From the human T2T-CHM13v2.0 reference genome, Homo sapiens: 64,000 nucleotides of DNA. The notes under the pieces are model-generated. The model was given only the letters and a program-made list of their open reading frames with translations, was not told the DNA's origin and made no database searches. Made by a program: the position numbers and the translations under genes. Shown piece after piece: positions 39,700 to 52,533 of this stretch (position 1 is its first letter; each line of letters starts with the position of its first letter). The stretch lies in NCBI RefSeq assembly GCF_009914755.1, contig NC_060931.1; one strand, written 5' to 3'.

Positions 39700-41922
39700 A
39701 TTGCCTGGCCTAAATGTTTGTGTACCCCTAAAATTCATATGTTAAAATTCTAACTGTTTAGCTGATGATATTAGGTGGTGGGGTGTTTTAGAGGTGACTA
39801 GTTCGTAAGGGCTTTGCCTAGATACGTAAATATCTAAAAAGTGGAAGCAGTTTTGAAAGGGAGTAATTGGCAGAGGCTGGAAGCCTTTTCAGGTGTATGC
39901 TAGAAAAGCCTGTATTGCTGTAAATGACACAGCACAGGCCATGGTCTCATCCGACCAGGGAGCACAAGTGGTAAACATAGGTGTCATTATGTGGGGCCAT
40001 CTCCACCAGTACACATCGTGCATGAGTCATAAGATCATAGTGGCCTCCACCCAGATTTTGAAGATGGAACTTCCGGGAGCTTTGGGTGGATGATCCAGGC
40101 AGAGGGACACCACGAGGATGGGGTTACCAGAGAGAGCCCCCACTAGAGCAATGCCCAATGGAGCCGTAGGGGCAGGACCAACCTCACAGTGGGATTAGTC
40201 CCCTTCTAAAAGAGACTTCAGAGAGCTGCCTTGCCTTTTCCACCATATGAGGACACAGGGAGAATACTCAGTCTATGAACCTGGAAGCAGGCCCTCATTA
40301 GACATCAAATCTGTCTGTGTCTTCACCTAGGACTTCCCAGGCTCCAGAACTGTGGGAAATAGGGAAATAAGGCTCTGTTGTTTGTAAGCCACCCAGTCTA
40401 TGGTATTTTCTTATAGTAGCCCAAACAAATTAAAAAGAAAATTGGTGCCAAGAAGTGGGCATGCTGCTGCAACAAATACCTAAAACATGGACGCAGTTTT
40501 GGAACTGGGTAATAGGTAGAAGCTGGAAGAGTTTTGAAGCATATGCTAGAAAAGCCTGTATTGCTGTTAATGAACTGTAAAGGGCAATTTTGGTGAGGGT
40601 GCAGAAGAGGAGTGCTGTAGAGAAAGCCTCAGCCTTCTTAGAGATTACTGAAGTGGTTAAGAATGGAATGTTAGTAGAAATATGGTCAGTAAAGATCATT
40701 CTGATGAGGTCTCAGACGGAAAAGAGAAACATATTATTGGGAACTGGAGGAAAGGCGATCCTTGCTATGAAGCCACAGATAATTTGGTTTACTCGTGTTT
40801 GTGTCCTTGTGTTTTGTAGAAGATAGAACTTTGAAGCAATGATATAGGATATTTGGCTGAAGAAATGTCTAAACAAAGTGTTCAAGGTATGGCTTAGCTT
40901 CTCTTAAGGTCTTCTAATAAAATGTGAGAAGTGAGAAATGATTTAAGAATGAAATTTTAATTAATTTAGTTATTTTACTTTTAATGTTTTAGAGACAGGG
41001 TCTCACTCTTTCACTCACCAGAGTGTGGTTCCAGCCTGGAAGAGTCACAGGCACCCAGCTGCAACCAATGAGAGTTGTGGCTTGGGCTGCACCAGCAAAG
41101 GTCTGAGGGTGGGGATGCCTGGAGCCTTCAGGGCCAATGCCAACCCCAGTGCATCCAGAAGATGGGATATTGAGTCAAAGAAGTTTATTCTTGAGCTTTA
41201 CGATTTCATGTTGTTTGCCCTGTTGGATTTTGGACTTGGAACTTGTTAACCCTTTATTTTTTTCTCTCTTTTGGAATGAGAATGCCTATCCGATGTCCAC
41301 CCCACCATTGTATTTTGGAAGCACATAACTTGTTTGATTTCACAGATTCGCAGCTGGAGAGCAGCTTAACTCAGGAAGAATAGTTCCTGGAGTCTCACCC
41401 GTATCTGATTTAGATGACGCTTCACTGAGAATTTGGACTTAGACTTTAAAGTTGTTGCTGGAATGAGTTATGACATGGGGGCTATCAGGATGAAATAAAT
41501 GCATTTTGCATGTAAAAAGAACATGCATACTGGGGAGCCAGGGATGGAATGCTATGATTTGACTATTTGTATCCCCTAAAAATTCACCAATCACCAATAT
41601 GAAATATTAGAAGTTGGGGCCTTTGGGAGGTAATTAGGTCATGAAGGCAGAGCCCTCATGAATGGAAGATGAATTAGCACCTTTATAAAAGCAGCCCCAG
41701 AGAGTTGCCTTGCCCCTTCCACCACGTGAGTACATCGCGAGAAGGTGCTGCCTATGAACCCTCACCAGGGGAAATGAGCCCTCACCAGACACCCAAACCA
41801 AACTGCTGGCATCTTGATCTTGGACTTCCCAGCCTCCAGAACTCTGAGAAGTAAATTTCTGTTGTTTATAAGCTACTTAGTTTACGGTATTTTCTTAGAG
41901 ACACCCAAATGGACTAAGGCAG
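39700..41922 (+). mobile_element. MLT1A-type MaLR: LTR, internal sequence and LTR, rearranged
   Basis: LTR pieces at ~39700-39815, ~40190-40430 and ~41550-41922 (GGACTTCCCAGCCTCCAGAACT...GGACTAAGGCA). MLT-int sequence (GCAGTTTTGGAACTGGGTAATAGG, ACTGGAGGAAAGG..ATCCTTGCTA) lies between them. Confidence 0.8.
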
Positions 41923-43323
41923 ATATATTTGTGAAGAAGGGAAACATTTAAAAACGATAATAAAATAAATGAAAAATAATTTTTAAAATAATAGGTTTTT
42001 TTAAAACAAGAAAAGAATCAAATATTAAGAATGGAGCAAATAGCAGCAAGTCTTAAAGAGAAGAATGTAGCTTCTAAAAGAAAGAGTTTTAGGAAGGCAA
42101 GGAGGAATTTGCTCCATATTTGTCATCCAGACTGTCATCCAAATACACATTCTTTCTTTTCAGTGTAACCCTCTTTAATTTGGAATAAAATTTTAAAAAA
42201 AAAACATATTTTGCCAAAAAACATTTCACCAATTAATTTTTGCTTCTGAAATCTTGAATAAAATCTGGATCTTTTCATATTTAGTTATTTGTTTTTGGCA
42301 AAACATAACTTCTATTTAAAATAGAATATTTAAAGAAACATTAAAAAGCTCAAAAAAGTTAAATTTTCCTTAAATTAGTAAGCTCATTCAAGTGCAAATA
42401 AATAAGAAAAACATAACTAAAGTTTTGCTTTATGTCACATTTCTTTAAAATTTCAGGGAAGGAATGAATTCAGGCATATTGATTAGTGTAACACAAATCC
42501 CGAAAATAATGAATCCTCAAAGATTTTAAATGCACCCATATATGCTATTATATTGAGAAGAAGGCTATCTATACTTAAATTACATGTTGTAGATTTTGAA
42601 ATTTTGTATCTCTAGTTTTCTTTTAACTCTTCAAAATGAGTACCAGTAGGATGAAATAAAATAAATATGAATTAATGGAGATAGAGGGCATGGGAAATAT
42701 CTTATTTCTAAATATTCTATGTTGATCTTTTTAAAATCTGCCTTAACATGTGTGTCTCTGCTCATCATCATATTTTCAATATCCATAATTTGTTTAGCCA
42801 AACACATTTATTTCATATTCTGTATTTAAAAATGACAAAATCTGACTTTTCCACAGCTATCATTCTATGAATTGATGTTTCTCTTGACACTTGCTTATGG
42901 TGATTTCTTTCTTCCTCCTTATAATTTTTTTAATTGTAAAACCATATTCTTTAGAATTCTATGTGTAAAAATCCTGTGAATCTTGTAAGGCCAATGTCTT
43001 CCTTCGAAGAGAATATGTTTTTTACCAAGAAACTACTAGCACAGGACAATCTTAAATTGAATTTTAGTTTAGTTTTCAGGGTGCACAGAGAATGAATGTA
43101 GGCACTAGCCTACACAAAATCAGAATGGAATTTCTTGATGACTTATTTTTTTCCCCACCCGGTTTGAAAGTCAAGACCAAATCAAGCATGCATCCCATAT
43201 CTCCCTCTGAAGGGTGGACCATTTCTATAACTTGACCCCTGCAACTGTTACTCTTCTGGCAGCCTGGCCTGTACAGGGTATCTGGTTTCTCATTCTACTC
43301 AGGCAAGTCTTGGGTTTTTCTTG

Positions 43324-43722
43324 CCTCCCTCCCCCTCCTCCTCTCCCTCCACCTCCTCCTCCTCTTCCTCTACTCCTCCTCTCCCTCCACCTCTTCCTCC
43401 TCCTCCTCTACTCCTCCTTTCCCTCCACCTCCTCCTCCTCCTCTACTCCTTCTCTCCCTCCACCTCCTCCTCCTCCTCTACTCCTCCTCTCCCTCCCCCT
43501 CCTCCTCCCCCTCTACTCCTCCTCTTCCTCCACCTCCTCCTCCTCTACTTCTCCTCTCTTTACTCCTCTCCTCCTCCTCTCCCTCCTCTCCTCCTCTTCC
43601 TCCTCCACCTCTTCGTCTGCTTCTTCTTCTCTCTCTCTCTGTCTCTCTTTCTCTCTCTCTCTCTCTCCACCCCCCCATTCTTGAATGATTATATTCCTTC
43701 TCATGGCTTTGGAGATAGGGCC
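43324..43722. repeat. (CCT)n/(CT)n polypyrimidine tract plus 46-bp unique tail, copy 1
   Basis: Tail 43677-43722 is identical to 44503-44548. Confidence 0.9.
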
Positions 43723-44319
43723 ATGTGTATAGCAAGTTAACCCAGAATCAAGAGTTCTTACTAAAGTAAACTCCCAGCACTGTTCACATTTCACCACCCT
43801 AGATCTTATTTTTCTCATCGCCTTTAGCATCTGAGGATTTACTTAACATTCCCACCTATTCAGACATTATTTTAAAATAAGCATGTGTATTTCACAAGTA
43901 TTTTAGGTATTCTGTACTAGCAGTGTTTTCACATGTCCAGTCTACCATATCTTTGCACAATGTTCATCCTTTTAATCTTTTTGTGTCCACTGTCCTATAG
44001 GAAGTGTTCTTGCCAAAGCAGCAATTACTTCCATGCTACTAAATCCATGAAACTTTTCTAGACTTCCTGGCAGAATTTGACACAGTTGTCCAATAGCACT
44101 TTCTCAGAGCATTCTCTTGGATTTCTCTGAGGCTTCTCTTGCACTTCACGGCACAACATTTCCGCTTGTCTACCTTCTATATCTCTGGTTGTTCCTCTTT
44201 TGTCTGTGAGTGGAGACCCTCTTTCTTTACCTGATAGTAAAGTTCATAAAGAATGATAAATAATGCTCATAAAGATCATAATTATATTATAAGGGCATAA
44301 GTAAACTCTTGGAGTTTTC

Positions 44320-44548
44320 CTTCTCCTCCTCCTCCTCCTCTACTCCTCCTCTCCCTCCACCTCCTCCTCCTCCTCTACTTCTCTTCTCCTTACTCCTCTC
44401 CTCCTCTCCCTCCTCCTCCTCTTCTTCTTCTCCTCCTCCTCCTCTTCTTCTTCTTCTCTCTCTCTTTCTCTCTCTGTCTCTCTCTCTCTCTCTCCACCCC
44501 CCATTCTTGAATGATTATATTCCTTCTCATGGCTTTGGAGATAGGGCC
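44320..44548. repeat. (CCT)n/(CT)n polypyrimidine tract plus 46-bp unique tail, copy 2
   Basis: Same architecture as copy 1; the tail runs directly into MLT1. Confidence 0.9.
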
Positions 44549-44864
44549 TTTAAGGATGAGACTAACTTAAAATGAGGTTGTTAGGGTGGGCCCTAATCTA
44601 ATATCACCGGTATCCTTATAACAAGAGGAGATTTGGGCACACATAGAGACACAGAAATGGGCGAGCAAAGAGGAATGACCATGTGAAGACACAGAGAAAA
44701 GATGACCATCTGCATTCCATGGCCAGAGGCCTCAGAAGGAGCCAACACTGCCCACACCTTGATCTCAGAATTCCAGCCTCCAGAACTATGCGAAAATAAA
44801 TTTATGTTGTTTAAGCCACACAGTCTGTGCTATTTTGTTATGGCAGCCTGAGCTGACTAACACA
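44534..44864 (+). mobile_element. MLT1B-like MaLR LTR inserted in L2
   Basis: TTTGGAGATAGGGCCTTTAAG...AAAATGAGG...GGGTGGGCCCTAATC...TTCCAGCCTCCAGAACT...GACTAACACA. L2-like sequence resumes afterwards. Confidence 0.82.
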
Positions 44865-44984
44865 AGGTCCAACTGTCTATTTGACAACTACATTGGAGAT
44901 CCCTCCGGCATCTCAAAACAAACTTGCCTCAAACTGAGCTTCTCCCAAACCTGTTCTTTCTCAATCTTTGGCAGAGGAGTAGAT

Positions 44985-45458
44985 AATGGAAGAGTGATAT
45001 TATTCCGCCTTTAAAAAAAGGTATATCCTGCCATTTGACACAGCATGGATGGTCCTGGAGGACATTATGCTAAGTGAAATAAGCCAGACACAGAAAGAAA
45101 AATACCACATAATTGCACTTACGTGTGGAATCTAACAGAGTTGATCTCAGAGACAGAGAGTAGAATAGAGGTTACCACAGGTAAGGAGGTAGGAGAAGGT
45201 GAGATGCATGTTGAAGAGCATAGAGTTGCAGCTGTGTAGGAGGAATAAGTCTAGGAATCTGATGTACAGGAGGACTATAGTTCATAATACTGTATTGCAT
45301 TCTGGCGCTCTTACCACACTCACATACAAAGGGTAACTCTGTGAGAAGATGGAGAAGTTAATTTGCTTAACTGTAGTAATCATTTCAGTGTGTCTAGGTA
45401 TTTTAAAACATCATGTTGTGAACCTTAAAAATATACGGTAAATTAGAAGTAAAAAAAG
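44985..45458 (+). mobile_element. L1MA-type 3' end
   Basis: ATCCTGCCATTTG...CATGGATG...GGAGGACATTATGCTAAGTGAAATAAGCCAGACACAGAAAGA. Confidence 0.85.
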
Positions 45459-48309
45459 ATCCTCTCCCTATTAAATGTCCCCACCATTCAACTGTGTGAC
45501 CAAAATTAAAAATCAGGAGTAATTCTTACTCTGCTTACTCTCCATTCAGTGTTAGCAAACCCTGACAATTATTTCTCAAATATTTATTTTCATTGCTACC
45601 ATTATGGTTCAAGTCACTGTTATTTCTTGCCTGGCCTAGTAAATAAGCCCATACATTACCACTTTGCTTCCATTCTTCTTTCACTACAGCATGTTCTCCA
45701 CTCAGCAGCTGGAGTGACCTGGTTAAGGATTTTGTGCAGCCTTTCTATTGTCCTCCAAGGGAAAGTTGGTCCAAATTTTCTATCCTGACATCATGTTCAA
45801 ATCCAGAGTCCCAACATAATGACTTTTTACCTCTTTTCCTTCTGTCTTTTGACTTTGCCTCTGTCTTCATCTCCTCCTTATCTCTTTCCAGTGATATACT
45901 TCTTAGAAATTTAATTTCCCCATTACACCAAATTCCTGGGCTGAGGATGTTCCTGATCAGCACTCTTGGCGATGGGGATGGGTTAGTCTTGGTCATGGAT
46001 CCGTCAGCCTCAAAAGTGAGCATGAGCTTCAGTACTTCCGGAAGCAACAGGGGACTTGTCCCTGAAGTATTCTCCCCTAGTATTCAAGTCCTGGATACTT
46101 TGAAGTCTGACACATGGACTTCACAGGTACGGGGACCTTGTAATTGAAGGCAAAGGGAGAGGAGGAAACATGCTTTTCTGCCCCTGTTCTCCTCTTCCTC
46201 TTTTGTCTTCCTATGTTTTACCCCCACTACACTTCCTGACTGCTACCCCTTTCTATAACATTCCTACATGGAAATAATGCTTCCCTTGCCTACCTTTGCA
46301 CTACACTAGGAGGCAAGGGAGGGTTAGAAATATGCCTCGATCATCCAGTTGTCCTCAGGCTTCAGCACTGAGCACAGACCTTGATGATAAGCACCACAAC
46401 ATGTGCTTAAGGATTTTTTGTTCACTTGAAAACGATGCCTTGACAAAATTTAAGGATTTCTGCAAGATTAAAAATACTGCCAGGCATGAAGTCAAGCTCA
46501 CAACGCGGTGCCAGATTAGAGAAGAAGAGCAGTCTTCTGAGCATGCAAACCACAGGGCTGCACACAGAGCCCAGCTTACCCTTCTTACCCTTCCATGGTC
46601 CAGCCCCTGCATGAATGGGGACCCTCCCTGCCTGTGCCTCGAGCCGCTTGCAGGGCCAAGTGGCTGTGGGATTTAACACTCATAGAGCACTCTTTATACA
46701 AAGGGGCCTTTTACTTAACAACTCCTGGAAGCTGCTCGGGGGCCCCATAAAACTCCTTGCACAAAGGAAGAAACTGAGAAAGAGGATGAGTAACATGTCA
46801 CAATCACACTGCTGATAAGGGGTTGATCACAAATTCAAGCTCTGGCCATCTGGCTCCTGTGACTATGCTGTCAGCCACTATTCTAGGGGGTGTCATAAAT
46901 CCACCAACTCACAGCCCCAGGAGTGGAGCTTCGAGCTCCCCTGGCCTCACTCGCCTCAGCACTGCTGAGCGAGGAGATCAAGATCTTAATTGATCCAGGC
47001 ACTTAATTAACTCTTCTGTTACTTGCCTTTCAAGACAGGCTTACAGATGGAATGACTGCACTATTATTACCAGCTGACCCATTCTATAAGACAAGGGCAG
47101 GCCCGAGGTCATTTCCCATCTCATGCCCCTTGCTGTACACGTCACACATTCTTTGTCCAGAGAAGGTTATGAGAGTAAATCAGAATAGGATTTATAAATA
47201 GTAATAAATAAGTAAATGAAATATCTTTAAAATATTAGGATGTTCACCTAGAAGCAAAACTATTTTAACTTTTATTTATAGAATAAGTTAATCTAGAAAA
47301 AAACAATATGGAAAAATGGCTGATCTATCAGAAAGTTTAAAAAATATATTTGAAAATTTTTTCTATTTTTTCTAGATTGTCTATGAAACGAGAAAATTAA
47401 ATTACATATAACTCTTCTGAAATTCGTTAACCCCCCTGCAACTGAGTTAGATGGAAGGAAAGAACCCTTGAGCACTTCACAGCTCATGCTGTGTAAGGAT
47501 CTCAATGTGTAAATAAATTCCCGACAAACCCTCATATCAGCAATCAAGTCTTTGTTCACATATCAATAAACTGAAGTGTACAATTGAGTTTGCACTCCAC
47601 ATATAAACCGTATCCAGGACACAATTAACAAAATAACAAGAAGTAAACCATAGAGTTCTTGAAGTGTTTAAGAATTACAGGAACTTCCTAAGAAAGAAAC
47701 AAAAATATTATGCTTTGTAAAACATCACTAAAAGTTGCTTTTAGAGTTGTTTTGTTTGGTGCGTAAATGTGATAATATTTTAATTCTGAAGACGTTGGCT
47801 CAAATCCTAAGTGTGACTGAGTTGCAAAATTTTTAATGAAGAGGTTCTGCATAAGGCTGCCTACCCTGTACCTGTGAGAACCACAATGAAAATGGGGAGA
47901 GAGGGTGCATGCAGCTCATAGGTGCTGGGCGCTTACTACAGGCCAACCGTTGAAAACTTGTCCCCACATAAGTAAGTCAAAAGAAATGTCTTGGTTGCAC
48001 TATTTACATTAACGTCAATATGAACAAGAAGGCAGAGATCATGAGTATGGGGATTAGGCACTCCCTAAAGCATCCTGTCTTGCTCCCGCTTCTTTAGCAT
48101 GGTAAGCATTTGTGCCAGGACTGCTGGAGTTTTTGTTTTGAGTGATTTTAACAAGCACTCCATGAGGCATACTTTTTTTCATTCATCAACTCATGTTGAG
48201 TACCAGCGGGTGTTGTGCACAGTGCGCTTATAAATAAGCTGGTGCTCAAAGACCTTGTATGATCTTCTGAAGGTCACACAGCTAGCGGAGCAATGAGAAA
48301 CTGATCTCA

Positions 48310-48674
48310 GATGGTATTGACTGACTGTGTCTCCCTCCTCAATTTCGTATGCGGAAATCCTAACCCCCAATATGATTGCATTAGGAGGTGAGGCTTTTGG
48401 GAGGTGATTAGGTCATTAGGATGGAGCCCGACTAATGGTATTAGCACCTTTATAAAAGGGGCCCCAGAAAGCCCTCTCACCTTCTTTCCACCACATAAGG
48501 ACACAGCCAGAAGATGGCAGTCTACAAAGTGGAAGAAAACCCTCACCAGAAACCGACCCTGCGGACTCCCTGATCTCGGATTTCCAGCCTCCAGAACTGT
48601 GAGAAACAAACATCTGTGGTTTATAAGCCACCCTGTCTAGATTACTTTATTACAACAGCTTGAACTGGTTGAGA
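48310..48674 (+). mobile_element. MLT1A0-like solo LTR inserted in a MIR
   Basis: GAAATCCTAACCCCCAAT.TGAT...GGGAGGTGATTAGGTCA...TTCCAGCCTCCAGAACTGTGAGAAA. Confidence 0.85.
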
Positions 48675-51600
48675 TCATCTGACTTCAAATTATGTGCTCT
48701 TTAGGCTACTACAGAGAACCGTTAAGCAATGTCAACTTTAAATGAGTGCATGTGATAGAAGTCATTGATCATGGTATTAGGAAAAGCTGCTCAAGAAGCT
48801 GTGAAAGACTCTGGTACCCCCAAAAAGGTCTCCCTGGCATGTAGGATTGGGCAGCACAGGAAGCCATTCAAGAAGACAAGGCTTTCTGGGAGGGATGACC
48901 CCCTTGCCGGAGTCTCTGCTGACCAATATGCACAGGCATTGCTTTCCATTATGGCATTTCCAATCCGCAAAGCTTCCCCTGCCTTTGCCCGACCTCGGCC
49001 CATGTTCAGCAGTGATGCGCCATGAGAAAACAATGGCCTTGCCCAGGAAATTTCTGGTCGCGACCCTTAGGGAGAGTTGTGAAAAGCTGTCTGACCACAG
49101 TGGTTTTCTATGGCAAGTAAAAACTAGAATGCTGTGGAAAATGCCAAGAGAAGAAATCCAGAAAAAGTTGCAGACAGAACTTCTGACTTAGGGGAAAAAT
49201 ATTGGGAATTGCCAACAACATATCTGGGAAATGGGCCACTTAGTTTGAAGCCTCAGACACAACAAATGCCTGGGAGAACTTAGACCAACCCCATGAAACA
49301 GGACCAGATCGTTCACACGGGAACAAGCCTGCGGCCACCGCTCCTGGGAGCTGTGCTTACTCGTGGCAACATCAGGGAAACATTCTGCACGATTCAGAAA
49401 GGCTTGGAAGGAAACTTCACTACGATCAAGAATGTACTGTTCTTTGAGCTATTTCCTTTAACAACTTGGAAGAAATAATAATTAATATAAACAGTAGCCA
49501 CTGGACTGGGCTGGATGCAGGAGAAACGAGGGCAGGTTTTGCAGTCAAAAGATTCAGCTTCATGCACCAGTTTTCCTCAACTGTTCTCTATGAACAAGTC
49601 ATTAATGAACAAGTCATTAAAGCTCTCTCAGCCTCAGTTTTCTCATCTGTAACATAAGCAGATACTTGCATTGCAGGGCTATGAATTAGCTTAAATTCCC
49701 TATGGGTATAGAAATAATGCTTGTGCTTCCTCATTATTCTAAATAGCTTTATAATTTGCAATTATATGATTCTCAAAGACCTAGAAGAAATAATAATCGA
49801 AACTAAGAAGGGGGACCAAGGAGAAATTTCTAGTCTCCAAAGTGATTTTAGTCACTAGGAGTTCAAAACATTAAATTCACCTATATTTTTTAAAAACATA
49901 AAAACTCTTCCATAATATAACATCAAAAAACACTTATTTTTCCAAGCAAACTTAACCCTGATATCAAACTATAACCAATGTAGACCAGAAAGGAAAACCT
50001 GTAGAACCAGTCTCACAAAATAGTGATTGAGATGCTAAATTAATAGTAAATAGAATTCAAACGTCAAGACTAGGAACAAAATGACATTTTGCCTAACACA
50101 AAGAAGAATACCCATTTCAAAGCCGTTGCTCTTAACTTGGAAACATTAGATGATTCTCACTAATGTGAAGAATATGACAGAAAGAGAGACATGCCCAATG
50201 CCACCATGATGATTCAACACTGTTGAGGAAGTTATTGTCATATAGTGGGACATTAAATATCAATGTTTGACTGGAAAAAAATAAAACAATTTATCTGTAT
50301 ATTTGATTATATAGATAAAAATACAAAGATAAGAACTGAAAACATTTTGGGGACAGATCAGAATCACAGGAAACAGCAGCAATGACAAGTTCTTGGATTT
50401 CCTGGAGGCCCCCTAAGAACACATCCAGTGGGACTCGACAGCAAACCTAAAAACCACAGACTATGTGCCCAGCAAAACAGATAAGCCCTGACACAGAAGC
50501 AGGAGAGGACACTGCCCAACATAGCAAAGCCCTGAGCCAGGGAAACAAGAGAGGAGAGGGGGTTCTTGAAGGGCCTGGGAAGCAGAGAACCCACCATCTA
50601 TCAGTTTCTCTTTGGAGAAACGGGGTGCAGGCCTGCCAAGAGCAGTCCAAAGGAATGAGGTTCCCTGCTCGGATATGTGGGTGAAATGAGAGACGTCCCT
50701 ACCATTCAGATGGGCTACTGCAGTCCCTGCCTGTGAATCCTGCAATCTCACAAATCAGTGACACTCAGGACAATGCCAGAAGACACTGAGCCAAGGCCTC
50801 TGGGAGTAGGAGCCCAGTGGAGCCCAGCAGGGAAAGTGGCGGACAAGAAAGTCTAGATTAAAACAAAATTGACTAGCACTGAATGATCATGAAAATGGAG
50901 AGGAGAGTACAGAGTGCTCTGAGCTCTAGCAACTCTCATAAACGGGGGGCTCATGGGAGGGCTCCGGGAAGGTCAAACTGGCTCTCAGATGCCTTGTGGC
51001 ATTCACTGAGAATAAAAGGAAGGGAGCCAAGACGCGAGGAGGTAGAAGCACTAGTTATTTTCAACACTGTTCATAGTAGAAAATTATAGTCATCCCCAGA
51101 TAAACCATGACAGAGAGAGCTCAGAGATAGCAGACCCACCTAGAAGGAACACTAAATGAAGTCCTTCAAGTGAAAAGGAAAGGACCCCAGAAAGACAGCA
51201 GTCCAAACCACAAACAGAAGAAGTGCACCATCAGGAGTTATGCAGGTACATCCAACGGACTGAAAAAATGTATAGATTTTTTTCTCTTCATAAGTATGTG
51301 CTTTAGAAAGCATAAGATTGCTTAAAATATTCCTAATGATTATTACATGGTATTGTTGGGTTTATAACACATAGGTGTATTGTATATACATCTATCACTA
51401 TAATAGAGCATTGAGGGAAAGGAAATGGAATGCATTGAGCATCCTCATTCAGCATAGAGCACATCAGATGCAGACTCTCACAGCCGCACGTGGCAGAAGG
51501 CAGCAGTAGCAGATGTCACTGCCCTAGCATCAGTACACCACCAAGAGCAGCAGCAAGAACAGAAGCCAAGCCAGTGCCCCTGAGCCCCAAGAGGCAAGTA

Positions 51601-51994
51601 GGCATCTCCCACGATTGGAAAGCTTTTCCTTTTAGCCAAAAACATATGGCAGGCATTAAATGAGAAGTGACTGATAGCAGGTACCACCCTCTTATTATTG
51701 ACAATTTGTCCACATTTGAATTACTGTAGCAACTGTTGATGTTTCCCAGATATAAGAAGCTAATAGCATCTCAGAATGATTGCACAAGCTTGGGGTTGTC
51801 AGGCACATACCTGGACCACAACAGAAGCTGATCTCTGGTTCACACAGGAAAAGGGCTCCCACAGGGCCTCAAGGAGGGCCAGGGTATCGAGGCCCTCTTC
51901 TTATCATGAGGTATTCATTGATTCGGCCTGGGCTGACCATATTGTGCAGATAAACATTTAAGACTCAAGATCATGGGGTTCCACTGAGGTCATT

Positions 51995-51998
51995 CTTT

Positions 51999-52051
<53 letters not shown>

Positions 52052-52110
52052 TTTCTCTTTCTTCTTTTTTTCTTCCTTCCTTCCTTTCTTCCTTTCTTTC
52101 TTTCTTTCTA
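51995..52110. repeat. (TTTC)n microsatellite
   Basis: Direct observation. Confidence 0.95.
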
Positions 52111-52230
52111 TTTTTCTTGTCTTCATTAAGTCTTAAATTAAACCCTCTTCCAATTGTGGTTATGGGTAGACATGTGGGCCCAGAGGTTGCTTCGTGATGC
52201 CTAAATCATAAGTTCAGAAAGAGCCTGATC

Positions 52231-52533
52231 TTTTTTTTTTTTTTTTTTTAAGATGGAGTTTCGCTCTTGTCACCCAGTCTGCAGTGCAATGGTGCAATCT
52301 CGGCTCACTGCAACCTCCGCCTCCTCAGTTAAAGCAATTGTCCTGCCTCAGCCTCCCTAGTAGCTAGGATTACAGACATGCCCCACCACGCCCAGCTAAT
52401 TTTTTGTATTTTTAGCAGAGATAGGGTTTTGCCATGTTGGCCAGGCTGGTCTCAAACTCCTAACCTCAGGTGATCTGCCCACCTCGGCCTCCCAAATTGC
52501 TGGGATTACAGGCATGAGCCACTGCACCTGGCC
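52231..52533 (-). mobile_element. AluS (Sp/Sq-like)
   Basis: Full antisense Alu; TSD AAGAGCCTGAYC at 52219-52230 and 52534-52545. Confidence 0.95.

Noticed and set aside
43214-44575. Pro/Ser/Leu- and Glu/Arg-rich ORFs
   Set aside because: Translations of CCT/CT simple repeats.
48404-48414. DUX-like TGATTAGGTCA in an MLT1A LTR (and TGACCCAATCA at 59404)
   Set aside because: Isolated non-consensus single sites with no linked TATA or ORF; common in MaLR consensus sequences.
49590-49619. 15-bp tandem duplication ATGAACAAGTCATTA x2 (similar case at ~27785-27816)
   Set aside because: Ordinary slippage duplication with no further structure.
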